The notes beneath the pieces are model-generated. The model had not been told where the DNA came from. It did not search any database and saw only the letters and a program-made list of their open reading frames with translations. 64,000 nt of DNA from Planctomycetota bacterium (GTDB taxonomy: Bacteria > Planctomycetota > UBA1135 > UBA2386), in the NCBI GenBank assembly GCA_044230075.1, contig JBGARS010000017.1, positions 1 to 64,000 on the forward strand. Reading direction: 5' to 3'. Position numbers and translations under genes: made by a program. Below are positions 44,550 to 54,254 of the stretch, one piece after another. Position 1 is the stretch's first letter. Each line of letters opens with the position of its first letter.

Positions 44550-46010
44550 ATGGGAACCTCTCCACGACCCGAACGGCACCACGAGCCACCGGCGCGCATC
44601 GATGCGGTGGTATTGGGTGAGTCCGCGTTGGCCAGGCTGCGGGGCGGCAGGCCCTGCAACGTGTTGCTGCTGGCGGACGCCGACGCTGCGGACGCCATGG
44701 TCGAGCTGGTGCGCGCGATGCACGGTGCTGCGGTGGTGCCGGTCGTGCTCGCCGCCGGCCAACCGGGCCAGTCCGGGATGGCGTTGCGCCTGCCCGGCGC
44801 CACGGGCGATGCAACGTCACCGCCGTTGCCGGGCGGCGATGCGGCCCGTGGGCCGCTCGACGCCGTGTTTGCAGCGATCGCCGAGGGCGTGCTGGTGACG
44901 GATGCCCATGGCCGGATCACCCAGGCGAATGCGGCGCTGCTGCGCATCACCGGCCACGCCGAGGCCGAAGTGCTGGGCCGCGACCTGGACCTGCTCTGGT
45001 CGCCAAAGACCGATGCCGGCGCGCGGCGCCGCCTGCGCGAGTGCCTCGACCGCGGGCAGGGCTTCGCCGAGGTCGTGGCCAGCCAGCGCAAGGGCGGCGC
45101 GGTGTTCTGGAACCAGTTCTCGCTGACGCCGGTGTTCGCCGAGTCGGGGGAGCTGGTCCAGTTCGTCGCCGTCGTGCGCGACGTGACCGAATGGCAGTTG
45201 CTGCAGGATCAGTTCCTGCATGCACAGAAGATGGAAGCCATCGACCAGCTGTCGGGCGGCGTCGCGCACGACTTCAACAACCTGCTGACGATCATCACCG
45301 GCAACATCGAACTGCTCGAGGACGCCGGGCGCGTGACCCCCGACATCGCCGATCGCATCCACGAGATCTCACAGGCTGCCGATCGTGCCGTCGCACTGAC
45401 GCGTCAGTTGCTGCAGTTCGGCCGCAAGCCGTTTCGCAACGAACGCGTGCTGGACCTGGCGGAGGTCGTCGATTCGATGGGGAACATGCTGCGCCGCATC
45501 GTCGGCGACGGCATCCGCATCGAGGTCCGCCACCAGCTTCGTCCGGCCTGGGTGCGGGTCGACCAGGGCCGGATCGAGCAGGTGTTGATGAACCTCTGCG
45601 CCAACGCCCGGGACGCGATGCCGGATGGTGGCGTGCTGCGCATCGCCGTCGAACCGGCGTCGACGGCCGATATCGCTGGCAGGGGACGCACCTCTGGGCC
45701 GGCCGCCGACTTCCTGGATCCGGGTGCGTGCGTGCAGCTCTCGGTGACCGACACCGGCTGCGGCATCCCGGACGAACACAAGAGCCGGCTGTTCCAGCCG
45801 TTCTTCACCACCAAGGGCGTGGGCAAGGGCACCGGACTCGGCCTGGCCACCGTCGGGCGGGTCGCGCGGGAGCACGGCGGCGCCTGCGCGGTGGAGAGTG
45901 AGGTCGGCAAGGGCACGCGCGTGTTGGTCTGGCTGCCGGCCGTCGATGCCACCGCCGTTGCCACGGAATCGGCCGCTGCCTCGGCAGGCGACGGCTCCAG
46001 CGGCGGCTGA
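44550..46010 (+). CDS. Hybrid-type sensor kinase: N-terminal receiver-like domain, PAS, HisKA, HATPase
   Basis: PAS (GVLVTDAHGRITQANAALLRITGH). H-box GGVAHDFNNLLTII. N/G1/G2 boxes (LMNLCANARDAMPDGG, DTGCGIP, GKGTGLGLATV). Confidence 0.85.
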   Translation: MGTSPRPERHHEPPARIDAVVLGESALARLRGGRPCNVLLLADADAADAMVELVRAMHGAAVVPVVLAAGQPGQSGMALRLPGATGDATSPPLPGGDAARGPLDAVFAAIAEGVLVTDAHGRITQANAALLRITGHAEAEVLGRDLDLLWSPKTDAGARRRLRECLDRGQGFAEVVASQRKGGAVFWNQFSLTPVFAESGELVQFVAVVRDVTEWQLLQDQFLHAQKMEAIDQLSGGVAHDFNNLLTIITGNIELLEDAGRVTPDIADRIHEISQAADRAVALTRQLLQFGRKPFRNERVLDLAEVVDSMGNMLRRIVGDGIRIEVRHQLRPAWVRVDQGRIEQVLMNLCANARDAMPDGGVLRIAVEPASTADIAGRGRTSGPAADFLDPGACVQLSVTDTGCGIPDEHKSRLFQPFFTTKGVGKGTGLGLATVGRVAREHGGACAVESEVGKGTRVLVWLPAVDATAVATESAAASAGDGSSGG

Positions 46011-46154
46011 GCAGCCGACGCGCGCCTCGGCCTGGCGGCACGGAAATCCTCTGCAGGCGGGGGAACCCGCACCGGCAGGGGGCTCGTCGAACGGCGCGAA
46101 AAGGGGCGGAAACTCGCTCGTCCACGCCGCACGCCCTCGCGGAGCAGACCCTCG

Positions 46155-47867
46155 ATGTTGCCACGTCTCCTTTCGGTTGCCGCCACCGTTCTAGCCGCAC
46201 TCGGTCGCCTGGTCGCCCAGCAGCCGAACCTGCTGGTCATCATCCCGGACGACCTCGGCGTCGATGCGGTCGGCTGCTACGGTGCGCCTTCGTCGCCGCC
46301 GACGCCGGTGCTGGACGCGATCGCCGCGGCCGGGGTGCGCTTCACGAACGCGTTCGTCAACGCGTCCTGTACGCCGTCGCGCGCGGCGATCCTCACCGGG
46401 CGCTTTGCGTTCCGCAGCGATGCGACCGCGGCGCTGCCGCCGGGAGCCATGGGCATGGTCGGCAGCGCCGTGACGATCGCCGCCGCGCTGAACGACGCCG
46501 GCTACTCGACCGCGATGATCGGCAAGTGGCACCTCGGCAACCGCTTCGGCCCGCAGACGCCCAACACCTTCGGCTTCCAGCGCTTCGAGGGTGTGCTCGA
46601 CAGTGGCGTGCCCAATCCCTACCAGTGGAGCAAGGTCACCAACGGCACCTCGTCGCTGTGCACGACCTACATCATGACCGACGAGGTCAACACGGCGATC
46701 CAGTGGATCCAGGCGCGCACCGGACCCTGGGCGCTGGTGCTGACGCCGACCCTGCCGCACCAGCCCTACCACGCGCCGCCCGCGAACCTGCACACGCAGA
46801 ACCTCGCCGGGCTCGATCCGGCGATCACGCCGTTGCCGTTCTTCCGGGCGATGGTGCAGGCGATGGACACGGAGATCGGCCGGCTGCTGACCACGCTCGG
46901 TCCGACCGTGCTCGGCAACACCAACGTCGTCGTCGTCGCCGACAACGGCACCGACGGCGCGGTGGCGCAGGCGCCCCTCGATGCCACACATGCCAAGGGC
47001 TCCATGTTCGACGGCGGCACGCGGGTGCCGTTGCTGATCCGTGGCCCGGCGGTCACGGCTGCGCCGGGCTCCACGGCCACGGAGTTGATCAGCGGGGTCG
47101 ACCTGTTTCCGACCCTGCTCGCAATGTGCGGCATCAGCTATCCATCCGCTGCGCTGGCCGGGATCGCGCAACCGCTCGACGGCGTGTCGATCCTGCCGGC
47201 GCTGGCCGGACAGAGCGGCTACGGCCGCAGCTTCATCTACTCCGAGGTGTCGGGCACACCGCTTGGACAGGGCTACACGGTGCGCACGGCGAACCACCGG
47301 TTGGTGCGCTACACGCTGGCGCTGCCGCAGCACCAGGAGTTCTTCGATCTCGCCATCGACCCGCTGCAGTCCACCGACCTGCTGATGGCGCCTCTCGTCG
47401 CGGCGACGCAGGTCCCGTTCGACGACCTGATGAACGACATGCAGTCGATCCGCGACGACGGGTGGACCGAGCTGTTCGGCGGTGGTTGCGCGGGCAGCCT
47501 GGGCGTGCCCTCGATTCGCTCGCAGACGCAGCCACGGATCGGCACGCCGTTCTACACCTACGTGTCCCAGCCACCGGCGTCCCAGGTGATCGCGCTCACG
47601 GTGCTCGGAGTGTCGCGTTCTGCCTACGGCCCACTGCCGCTGCCGTTCGATCTGAGCCTGTTCGGCATGTCCGGTTGTAGTCTGGCGGTGTCGCCCGACA
47701 TGCTCGTGCTGCACAATCCCAGTGGCTTCAGTCCTGGCCTGATGATGCCCTACATCCCGGCCTTCTACATGACCGAGATCTACGTGCAGGCCATGGTCTC
47801 CGAGCCGACCGCCAACCCGCTGGGCTTCGTGTGGAGCCGCGGGCTGCGCTGCGTCGTCGGTCGCTGA
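46155..47867 (+). CDS. Sulfatase (formylglycine-dependent, type I) with C-terminal extension
   Basis: Signal peptide. CTPSRAAILTGR FGly motif. IIPDDLG, GKWHLG conserved sulfatase motifs. Confidence 0.85.
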   Translation: MLPRLLSVAATVLAALGRLVAQQPNLLVIIPDDLGVDAVGCYGAPSSPPTPVLDAIAAAGVRFTNAFVNASCTPSRAAILTGRFAFRSDATAALPPGAMGMVGSAVTIAAALNDAGYSTAMIGKWHLGNRFGPQTPNTFGFQRFEGVLDSGVPNPYQWSKVTNGTSSLCTTYIMTDEVNTAIQWIQARTGPWALVLTPTLPHQPYHAPPANLHTQNLAGLDPAITPLPFFRAMVQAMDTEIGRLLTTLGPTVLGNTNVVVVADNGTDGAVAQAPLDATHAKGSMFDGGTRVPLLIRGPAVTAAPGSTATELISGVDLFPTLLAMCGISYPSAALAGIAQPLDGVSILPALAGQSGYGRSFIYSEVSGTPLGQGYTVRTANHRLVRYTLALPQHQEFFDLAIDPLQSTDLLMAPLVAATQVPFDDLMNDMQSIRDDGWTELFGGGCAGSLGVPSIRSQTQPRIGTPFYTYVSQPPASQVIALTVLGVSRSAYGPLPLPFDLSLFGMSGCSLAVSPDMLVLHNPSGFSPGLMMPYIPAFYMTEIYVQAMVSEPTANPLGFVWSRGLRCVVGR

Positions 47868-47883
47868 TCCACCGCGTGGCCGG

Positions 47884-48747
47884 CTACGTCGCCAGCTGGC
47901 CCATCCTGCCGCTCTGGTAGTCCTCGATCGCCTTGCCGATCTCGGCCTTGGTGTTCATCACGAACGGACCGTAGCCGACGACCGGCTCGTGGATCGGTTC
48001 GCCGGCCAGCAGCAGCAGGCGTGCATCCGTCGTCGGCGCGACGAGTTCGACGACGTCCCCTTCGCGCTCGAGCACCCCCATCTGCGTGGCCTTCACGGCC
48101 GTGTCGCCGATGCGCAGGCTCCCCTTCTGCACCAGCAGCATAGCCGTGTGTCCCGGCATGATCGGCAGCTGCGTCGACTTGCCGGCGCGCAGTTGTACGT
48201 CCCAGAGTTCGATGGGCGTGAAGGTGCTGGCGGGGCCCTTGTTGCCGAGGAACTGGCCGGCGATCACGCGCAGCGTGCCGGCATGCCCTTCGAGCGGCAC
48301 GGCGGGGATCTGCGCGCTGGCGAGGTCCTGGTAGCGCGGCGGCGACATCTTGTGCTGCGCCGGCAGGTTCACCCACAGTTGCACCATCTCCAGGGTGCCG
48401 CCGCTGGCGGTGAAGGCGCGGCTGTGCATCTCCTCGTGCACGAGGCCGCCGGCCGCGGTCATCCACTGCACGTCGCCGGGACCGATCTTGCCGCCATGGC
48501 CGGCCGAGTCGCGGTGTTCGACCTCGCCCTGGTAGACGACCGTCACCGTCTCGAAGCCGCGATGCGGATGCGGACCGACGCCGCGTGGCCTCGGCGCGGG
48601 CCCGAACTCGGTGGGCCCGGCGTAGTCGAGCAGCAGGAACGGGCTGATCGCCGGTCCCTCGTCGTAGGAGAAGAACGTGCGGACGGGGAAGCCGTCGCCG
48701 ACCCAGTGCGGGTCGGCGCCTTGCCGGACCTTGGCGACTCGCTTCAT
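47884..48747 (-). CDS. Pirin family protein
   Basis: HPHRGFETVTVVYQGEVEHRDSAGHGG is the pirin cupin metal site. Internal ATG 48747. Confidence 0.85.
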   Translation of the reverse strand: MKRVAKVRQGADPHWVGDGFPVRTFFSYDEGPAISPFLLLDYAGPTEFGPAPRPRGVGPHPHRGFETVTVVYQGEVEHRDSAGHGGKIGPGDVQWMTAAGGLVHEEMHSRAFTASGGTLEMVQLWVNLPAQHKMSPPRYQDLASAQIPAVPLEGHAGTLRVIAGQFLGNKGPASTFTPIELWDVQLRAGKSTQLPIMPGHTAMLLVQKGSLRIGDTAVKATQMGVLEREGDVVELVAPTTDARLLLLAGEPIHEPVVGYGPFVMNTKAEIGKAIEDYQSGRMGQLAT

Positions 48748-48856
48748 GGCCGGACTGTAGTCCAAGGCCGCGAGTTCACGAGACCACCGCGTGGTAGCGG
48801 GTACGAATGCGGGCGGCGGCTCGCCCCGGCGGTAGCATGCTGCCGATCGAAGCGAC

Positions 48857-49969
48857 ATGACGACCGCCCGCACGACCGCTTTTGCCCTCGCCCTCGCCGG
48901 CATCCCGCTCGGATTGCCCGCGCAGCAGGCAGCCGAGGAGTTGGCCCGACAGCTGGCCGTGTTCGGCAAGGCATCGGCCGCGACGCAGGATGCCGTGCTG
49001 GCCGCCGTTGCCACGGCACTGCAGCAGGAGGACGCGCGCGCTTCGCTGCTGCTGGCGCTGGCCGACGCGGCCAAGGCTGCCGGTGCGGAGCGCACGCGGC
49101 GGTTGCCGGTGCACCACCCGAGGTCGTCGCCGCCGCGGCGCGAGCAGCCCGACGTCGTTCTGCCAGCGGCCGTGCGCTACGTGTTCGGCGTCGGTGTCGT
49201 GGAAGCGGTCGACGGGGCCGCCACGGGCGTCGATGCCGAACGGCTCCACCGCGAGGTGGCGATCGAGCAGGCGCTGCGTGGCATGGTGCCGGGCGCCGAC
49301 GCGGTGTTGGCGGTCGCGGAGCGCCTGCTCGACACCGACACGGCGGGAGATCGCTTCGCTGCGTTCCTGCAGGCGTGGCGCAACGGGACGGAGACGTTCT
49401 ACGAGGCGATCGACCGGACCGCGGGCACGCCGGACAGCGTGTTCTTCTACGACGCGATGCTGGCGGACTTCGCAGCGACGTTCGCCGGCCGCACGTTGGG
49501 GTCCAGCCTGCAAGCCAGGCACGATGCACTGCAGGACGCCTTCCTCGCGTATCGGCAGTATCGCGGTTTTCGTGAGGCGGTGGCGTATGCACTGGTGCTG
49601 CCGCCCGACGTGCCGTTGCCGGCGCGGCTGCGCCGCTACGAGACGGCGCCCCTGGGCACCTACTCGCTGCGGCAACAGGTCGTCATGCTCTGCGAACTGC
49701 TGGGCGGCGATCCCCGCAAGGTGATCGAGGCGATCGTCGCCACGGCGCCGTCGCTGCCGCAGCCGATCTGGAGTGCGGCCTACGATCCGTACGCCGCTTG
49801 GAACAAGGTCTTCGCCGACGCCGTGCCGCCGATGGTGGCCGCCGCCGGCGATACCGACGCGTTCCTCGCCCAGTCGTTGCGCCGGCGCAGCGAGTCCGCC
49901 GCGGCGATCCAGCAGGCCGCCCGGCAGGCGATGGACGCGGCGGGCGGCAAGCCGACCCCGGGGCGCTGA
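48857..49969 (+). CDS. Secreted hypothetical protein (370 aa)
   Basis: Signal peptide ALALAGIPLGLPAQQ. No recognised domain. Confidence 0.45.
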   Translation: MTTARTTAFALALAGIPLGLPAQQAAEELARQLAVFGKASAATQDAVLAAVATALQQEDARASLLLALADAAKAAGAERTRRLPVHHPRSSPPRREQPDVVLPAAVRYVFGVGVVEAVDGAATGVDAERLHREVAIEQALRGMVPGADAVLAVAERLLDTDTAGDRFAAFLQAWRNGTETFYEAIDRTAGTPDSVFFYDAMLADFAATFAGRTLGSSLQARHDALQDAFLAYRQYRGFREAVAYALVLPPDVPLPARLRRYETAPLGTYSLRQQVVMLCELLGGDPRKVIEAIVATAPSLPQPIWSAAYDPYAAWNKVFADAVPPMVAAAGDTDAFLAQSLRRRSESAAAIQQAARQAMDAAGGKPTPGR

Positions 49970-49996
49970 ACCGCGGTGGTCCGCTGCTGCCACGCG

Positions 49997-50194
49997 TCAG
50001 TCGAGATCCTGCTCCGCCCGGGCGAAGGCAGTCGGCGTGCCGTGCTCGTCGAGCGTGACCTCGATCACGTTCGGATTGCAGCACACCGGACAGTCCTCCA
50101 CGTAGCGTTGGCGCGATCCGGCCGACACGTCGATCGGGATCTGGATCTCCTCACCGCACGCATCGCAGACGTAGGTGGCTTCCATGCTGCCCAT
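49997..50194 (-). CDS. CPXCG-motif cysteine-rich small protein
   Basis: YVCDACGEE...VEDCPVCCNPNVIEV fits the CPxCG family pattern (C-x2-C...CPxC). Internal ATG chosen. Confidence 0.55.
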   Translation of the reverse strand: MGSMEATYVCDACGEEIQIPIDVSAGSRQRYVEDCPVCCNPNVIEVTLDEHGTPTAFARAEQDLD

Positions 50195-50253
50195 GGCAGC
50201 TGGCGGCCTGGTCGCCCGCAAGCACTTCCCGACCCCGACGGAGCCTCGACGCC

Positions 50254-50487
50254 ATGACCGCCATCCTGTGGGCCGCCGCAGCGTTCGCACTCGGTTACCT
50301 GTTCGGTCGCCGGCAGGGTGGTGACGCGGAACGGGATCAGCCCGACGTGCCGATCGATGGCAAGGCGCTGGAACTGGCCCGGCGCGTGCTGCCGCTCGAG
50401 GGCAAGATCGGCGCCATCCGCGCCTACCGCGAGGCGACCGGGGTGGGGTTGCGCGCCGCCAAGCGGGCGGTCGACAGCCTCGGGTGA
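50254..50487 (+). CDS. Small membrane-anchored protein with a ribosomal L7/L12 C-terminal-domain-like motif
   Basis: TM helix ILWAAAAFALGYLF. KIGAIRAYREATGVGLRAAKRAVDSL closely matches the L7/L12 CTD [26 protein letters not shown]. Confidence 0.4.
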   Translation: MTAILWAAAAFALGYLFGRRQGGDAERDQPDVPIDGKALELARRVLPLEGKIGAIRAYREATGVGLRAAKRAVDSLG

Positions 50488-50565
50488 GGGGTGGGCGACG
50501 CGGCCCGAACGGGGTGGGGCGGTTTCTCCGTCCGTTGCGGCACGCGGCGCAGTATGCATCTGTCG

Positions 50566-50778
50566 ATGGCCAAGAACCTGCGATCCGCGACGCTGAGCGT
50601 GAACCTGCCGATGGAGCTGGCCCAGGCCGTCTACCAGCAGGTGCGCGACGGCAAGTTCACGTCCGACGACGAGGTCGTGCGCGCCGCGCTGCGCCAGTTC
50701 CTGCACGTCGACGAACGCACAGCGGCCGCGGCGCCGCCCGAGGCGGGCCGGCGCAAGGGCCGCGAGCCGCGTTCCTGA
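50566..50778 (+). CDS. Ribbon-helix-helix protein (ParD/CopG-like antitoxin-type), no cognate toxin adjacent
   Basis: LSVNLPMELAQAVYQQVRDGKFTSDDEVVRAALRQFL is the RHH pattern of ParD-family antitoxins. Confidence 0.4.
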   Translation: MAKNLRSATLSVNLPMELAQAVYQQVRDGKFTSDDEVVRAALRQFLHVDERTAAAAPPEAGRRKGREPRS

Positions 50779-50882
50779 GGGACCGGTGGCGTGGCCAGGT
50801 GCGGCAGCGTCGCGGGCCTTGACCCTGCCGGTCGGTCCACCGAGCATGCCATCGTCGGCTGTCGCTGGCGCCAAGGCATCCC

Positions 50883-52145
50883 ATGCAGCGCACCCTCGGT
50901 CTGTTGGCGTTCCTCCTGCCCATGGCGCTCCCGGCGCAGGTTGCCATCGGCGACATCGCCGTGACCGGCTTCTCGAGCACTGCCTTCGGCGTGATCAGCG
51001 CGGGGCCCACTGTCACCGGCTACGCGACGCCCGGCTACCAGGGCACCGGCACCGGCACGTCGCAATCGATCCTGTGGGATCGGGCGAACCCGCAGAGCTT
51101 CCTCGTCGGCGGGTTCGGCTTCGTCGGCCGGGCCACCATCACCGGCACCGGTGCCGTCAGCTACGCGCTGATCACCAACAACGTCGGCATCGTGTCGCAG
51201 ATGAGCTGGTTCGACGGGGGCCTGGTCGCCTTGGTGGACTCGGGCACCAATCAGGTTCGCCTGCTCGATCCGGGCACCGCCGCGGTGATCGACCTGTCGA
51301 CCGGTACGCAGCCATGGGGCAGTGACGCCAGCTCCGGTGCCGTCGACCCGCTCACCGGCGACGTCGTCGTGGGCGGCAGCGGTGCGATCTACCGGCTGGC
51401 AGTCGGCAGCTCGCTCGCGACGCTCGTCGTCGGCGGTCTCGGCGGCTACGTGACGGCGATCGCCTTCGACCCGGCGAACGGCGACATCGTCGCCACCGTG
51501 CTGACCGCCAACCGCCTGATCCGCGTCGATGGCAGCGGGGCGGTGGCCGACATCGCGCCGCCGTACTCGGTGCCCGGGCCCAACGCGCTCGACATCGATG
51601 GCAACGGCGATTTCGTCACCGGCGGCGGCACCGGCCAGGTCTACCGCGTGCCGCACGCCGGCGGTTCACCGGTCTTCCTCGCCAGCAACACCAGCCCCGC
51701 GAACGCGGTCAATGGCCTCGCCGTCGTCGGCGGTGGTGGCTTCGGCATCCCGTTCGGCCAGGCGTGCAGTGGCGTCGCGGGCCCGGTGTCGTTGACGGCC
51801 ACCGGTCCCTACCGCGTCGGCACGACGGTCGTGATGACCTCGACGAACCACGCCCCGAACGCACTCGGCGTGTTGATCCTCGGCCTGTCGGACACGAGCC
51901 ACGTCGGCTCGGCGTTGCCCTACTGGCTCGACCCGCAGCTCGGCACGTCGGGCTGCTACCTGCACGTCAGCGGCGACACGCTGGTGCCCGGCATCAGCGG
52001 CGGCACCGGTCCCGCCAGCCTCACGTTCCCGGTCGTGCTGCAGCCGATCATCTCCGGCTACCGGTTCTACGCGCAGCACGTGTGTCTGGAGGCGGTGCTC
52101 GGCGGCCTGTCGTGGTCGAACGGCGTGGCCTTCCGCGTGCCGTGA
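50883..52145 (+). CDS. Secreted hypothetical Gly/Thr-rich beta-repeat protein (420 aa)
   Basis: Signal peptide LLAFLLPMALPAQV. Repetitive GxGxV segments. Confidence 0.45.
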   Translation: MQRTLGLLAFLLPMALPAQVAIGDIAVTGFSSTAFGVISAGPTVTGYATPGYQGTGTGTSQSILWDRANPQSFLVGGFGFVGRATITGTGAVSYALITNNVGIVSQMSWFDGGLVALVDSGTNQVRLLDPGTAAVIDLSTGTQPWGSDASSGAVDPLTGDVVVGGSGAIYRLAVGSSLATLVVGGLGGYVTAIAFDPANGDIVATVLTANRLIRVDGSGAVADIAPPYSVPGPNALDIDGNGDFVTGGGTGQVYRVPHAGGSPVFLASNTSPANAVNGLAVVGGGGFGIPFGQACSGVAGPVSLTATGPYRVGTTVVMTSTNHAPNALGVLILGLSDTSHVGSALPYWLDPQLGTSGCYLHVSGDTLVPGISGGTGPASLTFPVVLQPIISGYRFYAQHVCLEAVLGGLSWSNGVAFRVP

Positions 52146-52171
52146 CCGTGCGTGCTGGCGCGCGTCGTAGG

Positions 52172-52837
52172 TCAGCGCCCGCGCGTGTAGTCACCGGGGT
52201 CGATGCCGGACAGGAACTGCCAGACGACTTCGTAGAAGTTGCGCGCTCCGGTCACGGTCGGCTCGTCTCCGAGCAGGAACGGTGGCTCGCCGGTCAGCGA
52301 GGCGATGCCGAAGAACGGACGCAGCCAGAAGGCGAGTTGTCCGCCCACCAGCAAGGACAGCAGCAGCCAGGCCGCCGACACGGCGAGCGATCGCCGCATC
52401 GACACGCCATGCTGTTCGAGCAGACTGCGGACCTGCAACAACAGCGCGATCGCACCCGCCACGGCGATGAAAGCGATGTTCATGCCGACGAAGCCGGGGT
52501 AGCCGCCGAGGCTGCGTTCGTCCGGTGGCAGCATCGACCGTCCGAGGAAGAAGCTCACGGGACTCAGGCTCGCCAGCAGCACAGCCAGGGTGCGGAACGA
52601 GCCGAACGTGCACTGCTGGACCTCGGCGAAGCGGAGCCGGGCACCGAGGAAGCGCGCGAAGACGAAGTAGGACAGGGCGCAGATGCTCGCGGTGCCGAGC
52701 AGCAGCAGGGGGAACTTGACGCCGCTGCGCCACGCGTAGGTGAAGTTCTTGCCCGCGCCGACCGCGGCGCCGTAGCAGCAGGCGCAGAGCACGGTGACGG
52801 CGACGTCCGAAAGCACCTTGCGACGGTTCGTCGGCAC
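52172..52837 (-). CDS. Multipass membrane protein, paralog family member B2 (FWLRPFFG motif)
   Basis: GTG start 4 nt after the B1 stop. Homologous to A1/A2 (28767..30184). Confidence 0.5.
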   Translation of the reverse strand: MPTNRRKVLSDVAVTVLCACCYGAAVGAGKNFTYAWRSGVKFPLLLLGTASICALSYFVFARFLGARLRFAEVQQCTFGSFRTLAVLLASLSPVSFFLGRSMLPPDERSLGGYPGFVGMNIAFIAVAGAIALLLQVRSLLEQHGVSMRRSLAVSAAWLLLSLLVGGQLAFWLRPFFGIASLTGEPPFLLGDEPTVTGARNFYEVVWQFLSGIDPGDYTRGR

Positions 52838-52841
52838 GGCG

Positions 52842-53501
52842 TCACCGCAGCAGTTCGAGTGCCCGCGCCATGCGCAGGGTGACGAACAGCACGAGCAGTT
52901 GCCAGGCCACGAGCAAGGCCACCGACCGGCTCGGCAGCAGGGCCTGGTCGTGTCGCACCAGGCGCAGCAGCTGGGCGAGGCCGGCCGCCAGCGCTGCGCC
53001 GAGCATCACGATCGATGCCACGTTGGCGTCGATCCAGTCGCCGGCCATCATGGTCTGGCCGAGGAACCACAGGATCGGGAAGAAGCCGAGGGTGAACAGC
53101 GCCGCGACGCTCGAGATGACCAGCGCCAGGGCGACGTTCTGGATCGGCCGCAGGCGGCTGCCGAGATAGGCGCCGAACACCTGCAGCGACGGGAAGCAGA
53201 GGCAGACCGAGCCACCGAACAGCACGCCGATCTTCCACCACGAACCGCTGCCGCGCACGAAGCCATACGGGATGGACGCGAGCACAGTGCATGCCACCAG
53301 CACCAGCACGAGCTGCCACAGCGTGTCGCCGCCGGCGATGCTGGCGGCCAGACGATCGCGCCGGGCCAGCAGGAACTCGAAGGCGTGGTCCGGGTGTCGC
53401 CACACGGCGCGCAGCTCGGCTGCGGTGTAGGGCGCGTCGATGGCGATCGGACCGGCGGGCGGCGGAGCGGGGGCAGGCGCGGGATCGCACGGGTCTGGCA
53501 T
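52842..53501 (-). CDS. Multipass membrane protein, paralog family member B1 (Pro/Ala-rich N-terminus, 5 TM)
   Basis: Internal ATG 53501 (MPDPCDPAPAPAPPPAG...). Conserved CLCFPSLQVFGAYLG segment shared with A1 (LCVTFPSLYVFSALAN). Confidence 0.5.
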   Translation of the reverse strand: MPDPCDPAPAPAPPPAGPIAIDAPYTAAELRAVWRHPDHAFEFLLARRDRLAASIAGGDTLWQLVLVLVACTVLASIPYGFVRGSGSWWKIGVLFGGSVCLCFPSLQVFGAYLGSRLRPIQNVALALVISSVAALFTLGFFPILWFLGQTMMAGDWIDANVASIVMLGAALAAGLAQLLRLVRHDQALLPSRSVALLVAWQLLVLFVTLRMARALELLR

Positions 53502-53707
53502 GGCGGGTCTCGACTCTCGGAGCCCATACACTTTGCGTAGCAAAGTGGAAAGCGTCAAGCCCCGGCTGCCGGTCACCAGCCGCGGCTCATCGGCGACCGC
53601 GCATGGGCTGTCCAGGCTGGCGCCGTACGAACTGCTGCGGTTGCCCCGGCGCTTCCGCGCCGTAGCTTGGTCGCGTCCACTCGCCAAGGAGGCTCTCATG
53701 CGTCTGT

Positions 53708-54159
53708 CCGGATCCGCGTTGCTCGTTCTCTCCACCCTGTTCGCGACCTCGTGCGCGTCGACGTCGCCATCGGCGTGCTGCGCCAGCTGCGAGAAGGCGC
53801 AGGCCGTGGTGGCGTCCGTCGCGAAGCAGAACCCCGACTGCACACGGCTCACGCTGCACTGCTCGATGCAGGGCGGCGCGAAGGGCTGTGCCAGTACCGA
53901 TGCCGCTCGCATCGGCAAGCCCTCGGACAAGGAGGACCTCGAAGCGATGCAGACGGGCAAGACGATCGTGCTCGAAGAGGCTGGCGCACTCGACGTCACC
54001 GTGCCGATCAACAACAAGGACGGCAAGTTCCAGTCTGCTTGCGGCGTGACGTTGAAGCCCGCCGGCATGACGCGGGAACAGCTCACCGCGAAGGCAACCA
54101 AGATCGCGAAGGCGGTAGAGGTTGGCCTCGGTGGTGCGTGCGACTGCACCTGCAAGTGA
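53708..54159 (+). CDS. Cysteine-rich lipoprotein (150 aa, 12 Cys)
   Basis: AAGGAGG RBS 5 nt upstream of ATG 53708. Lipobox LFATSC. Cys pairs CCASC, CTRLTLHC, GCAS, ACDCTC. Confidence 0.55.
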
Positions 54160-54254
54160 GTGCGCACGGTGCGGCGTCGTTTCGTCGGCGTGACGCGCCG
54201 TGGACCCCGGCGTAGGCGACCGATCGCACGCTGCGACCCTCCCGCGCATGGCCA

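Noticed and set aside
50566-50778. A complete ParDE toxin-antitoxin module
   Set aside because: Only the RHH antitoxin-like gene is present. The downstream gene is a 420-aa secreted repeat protein, not a ParE/RelE toxin.
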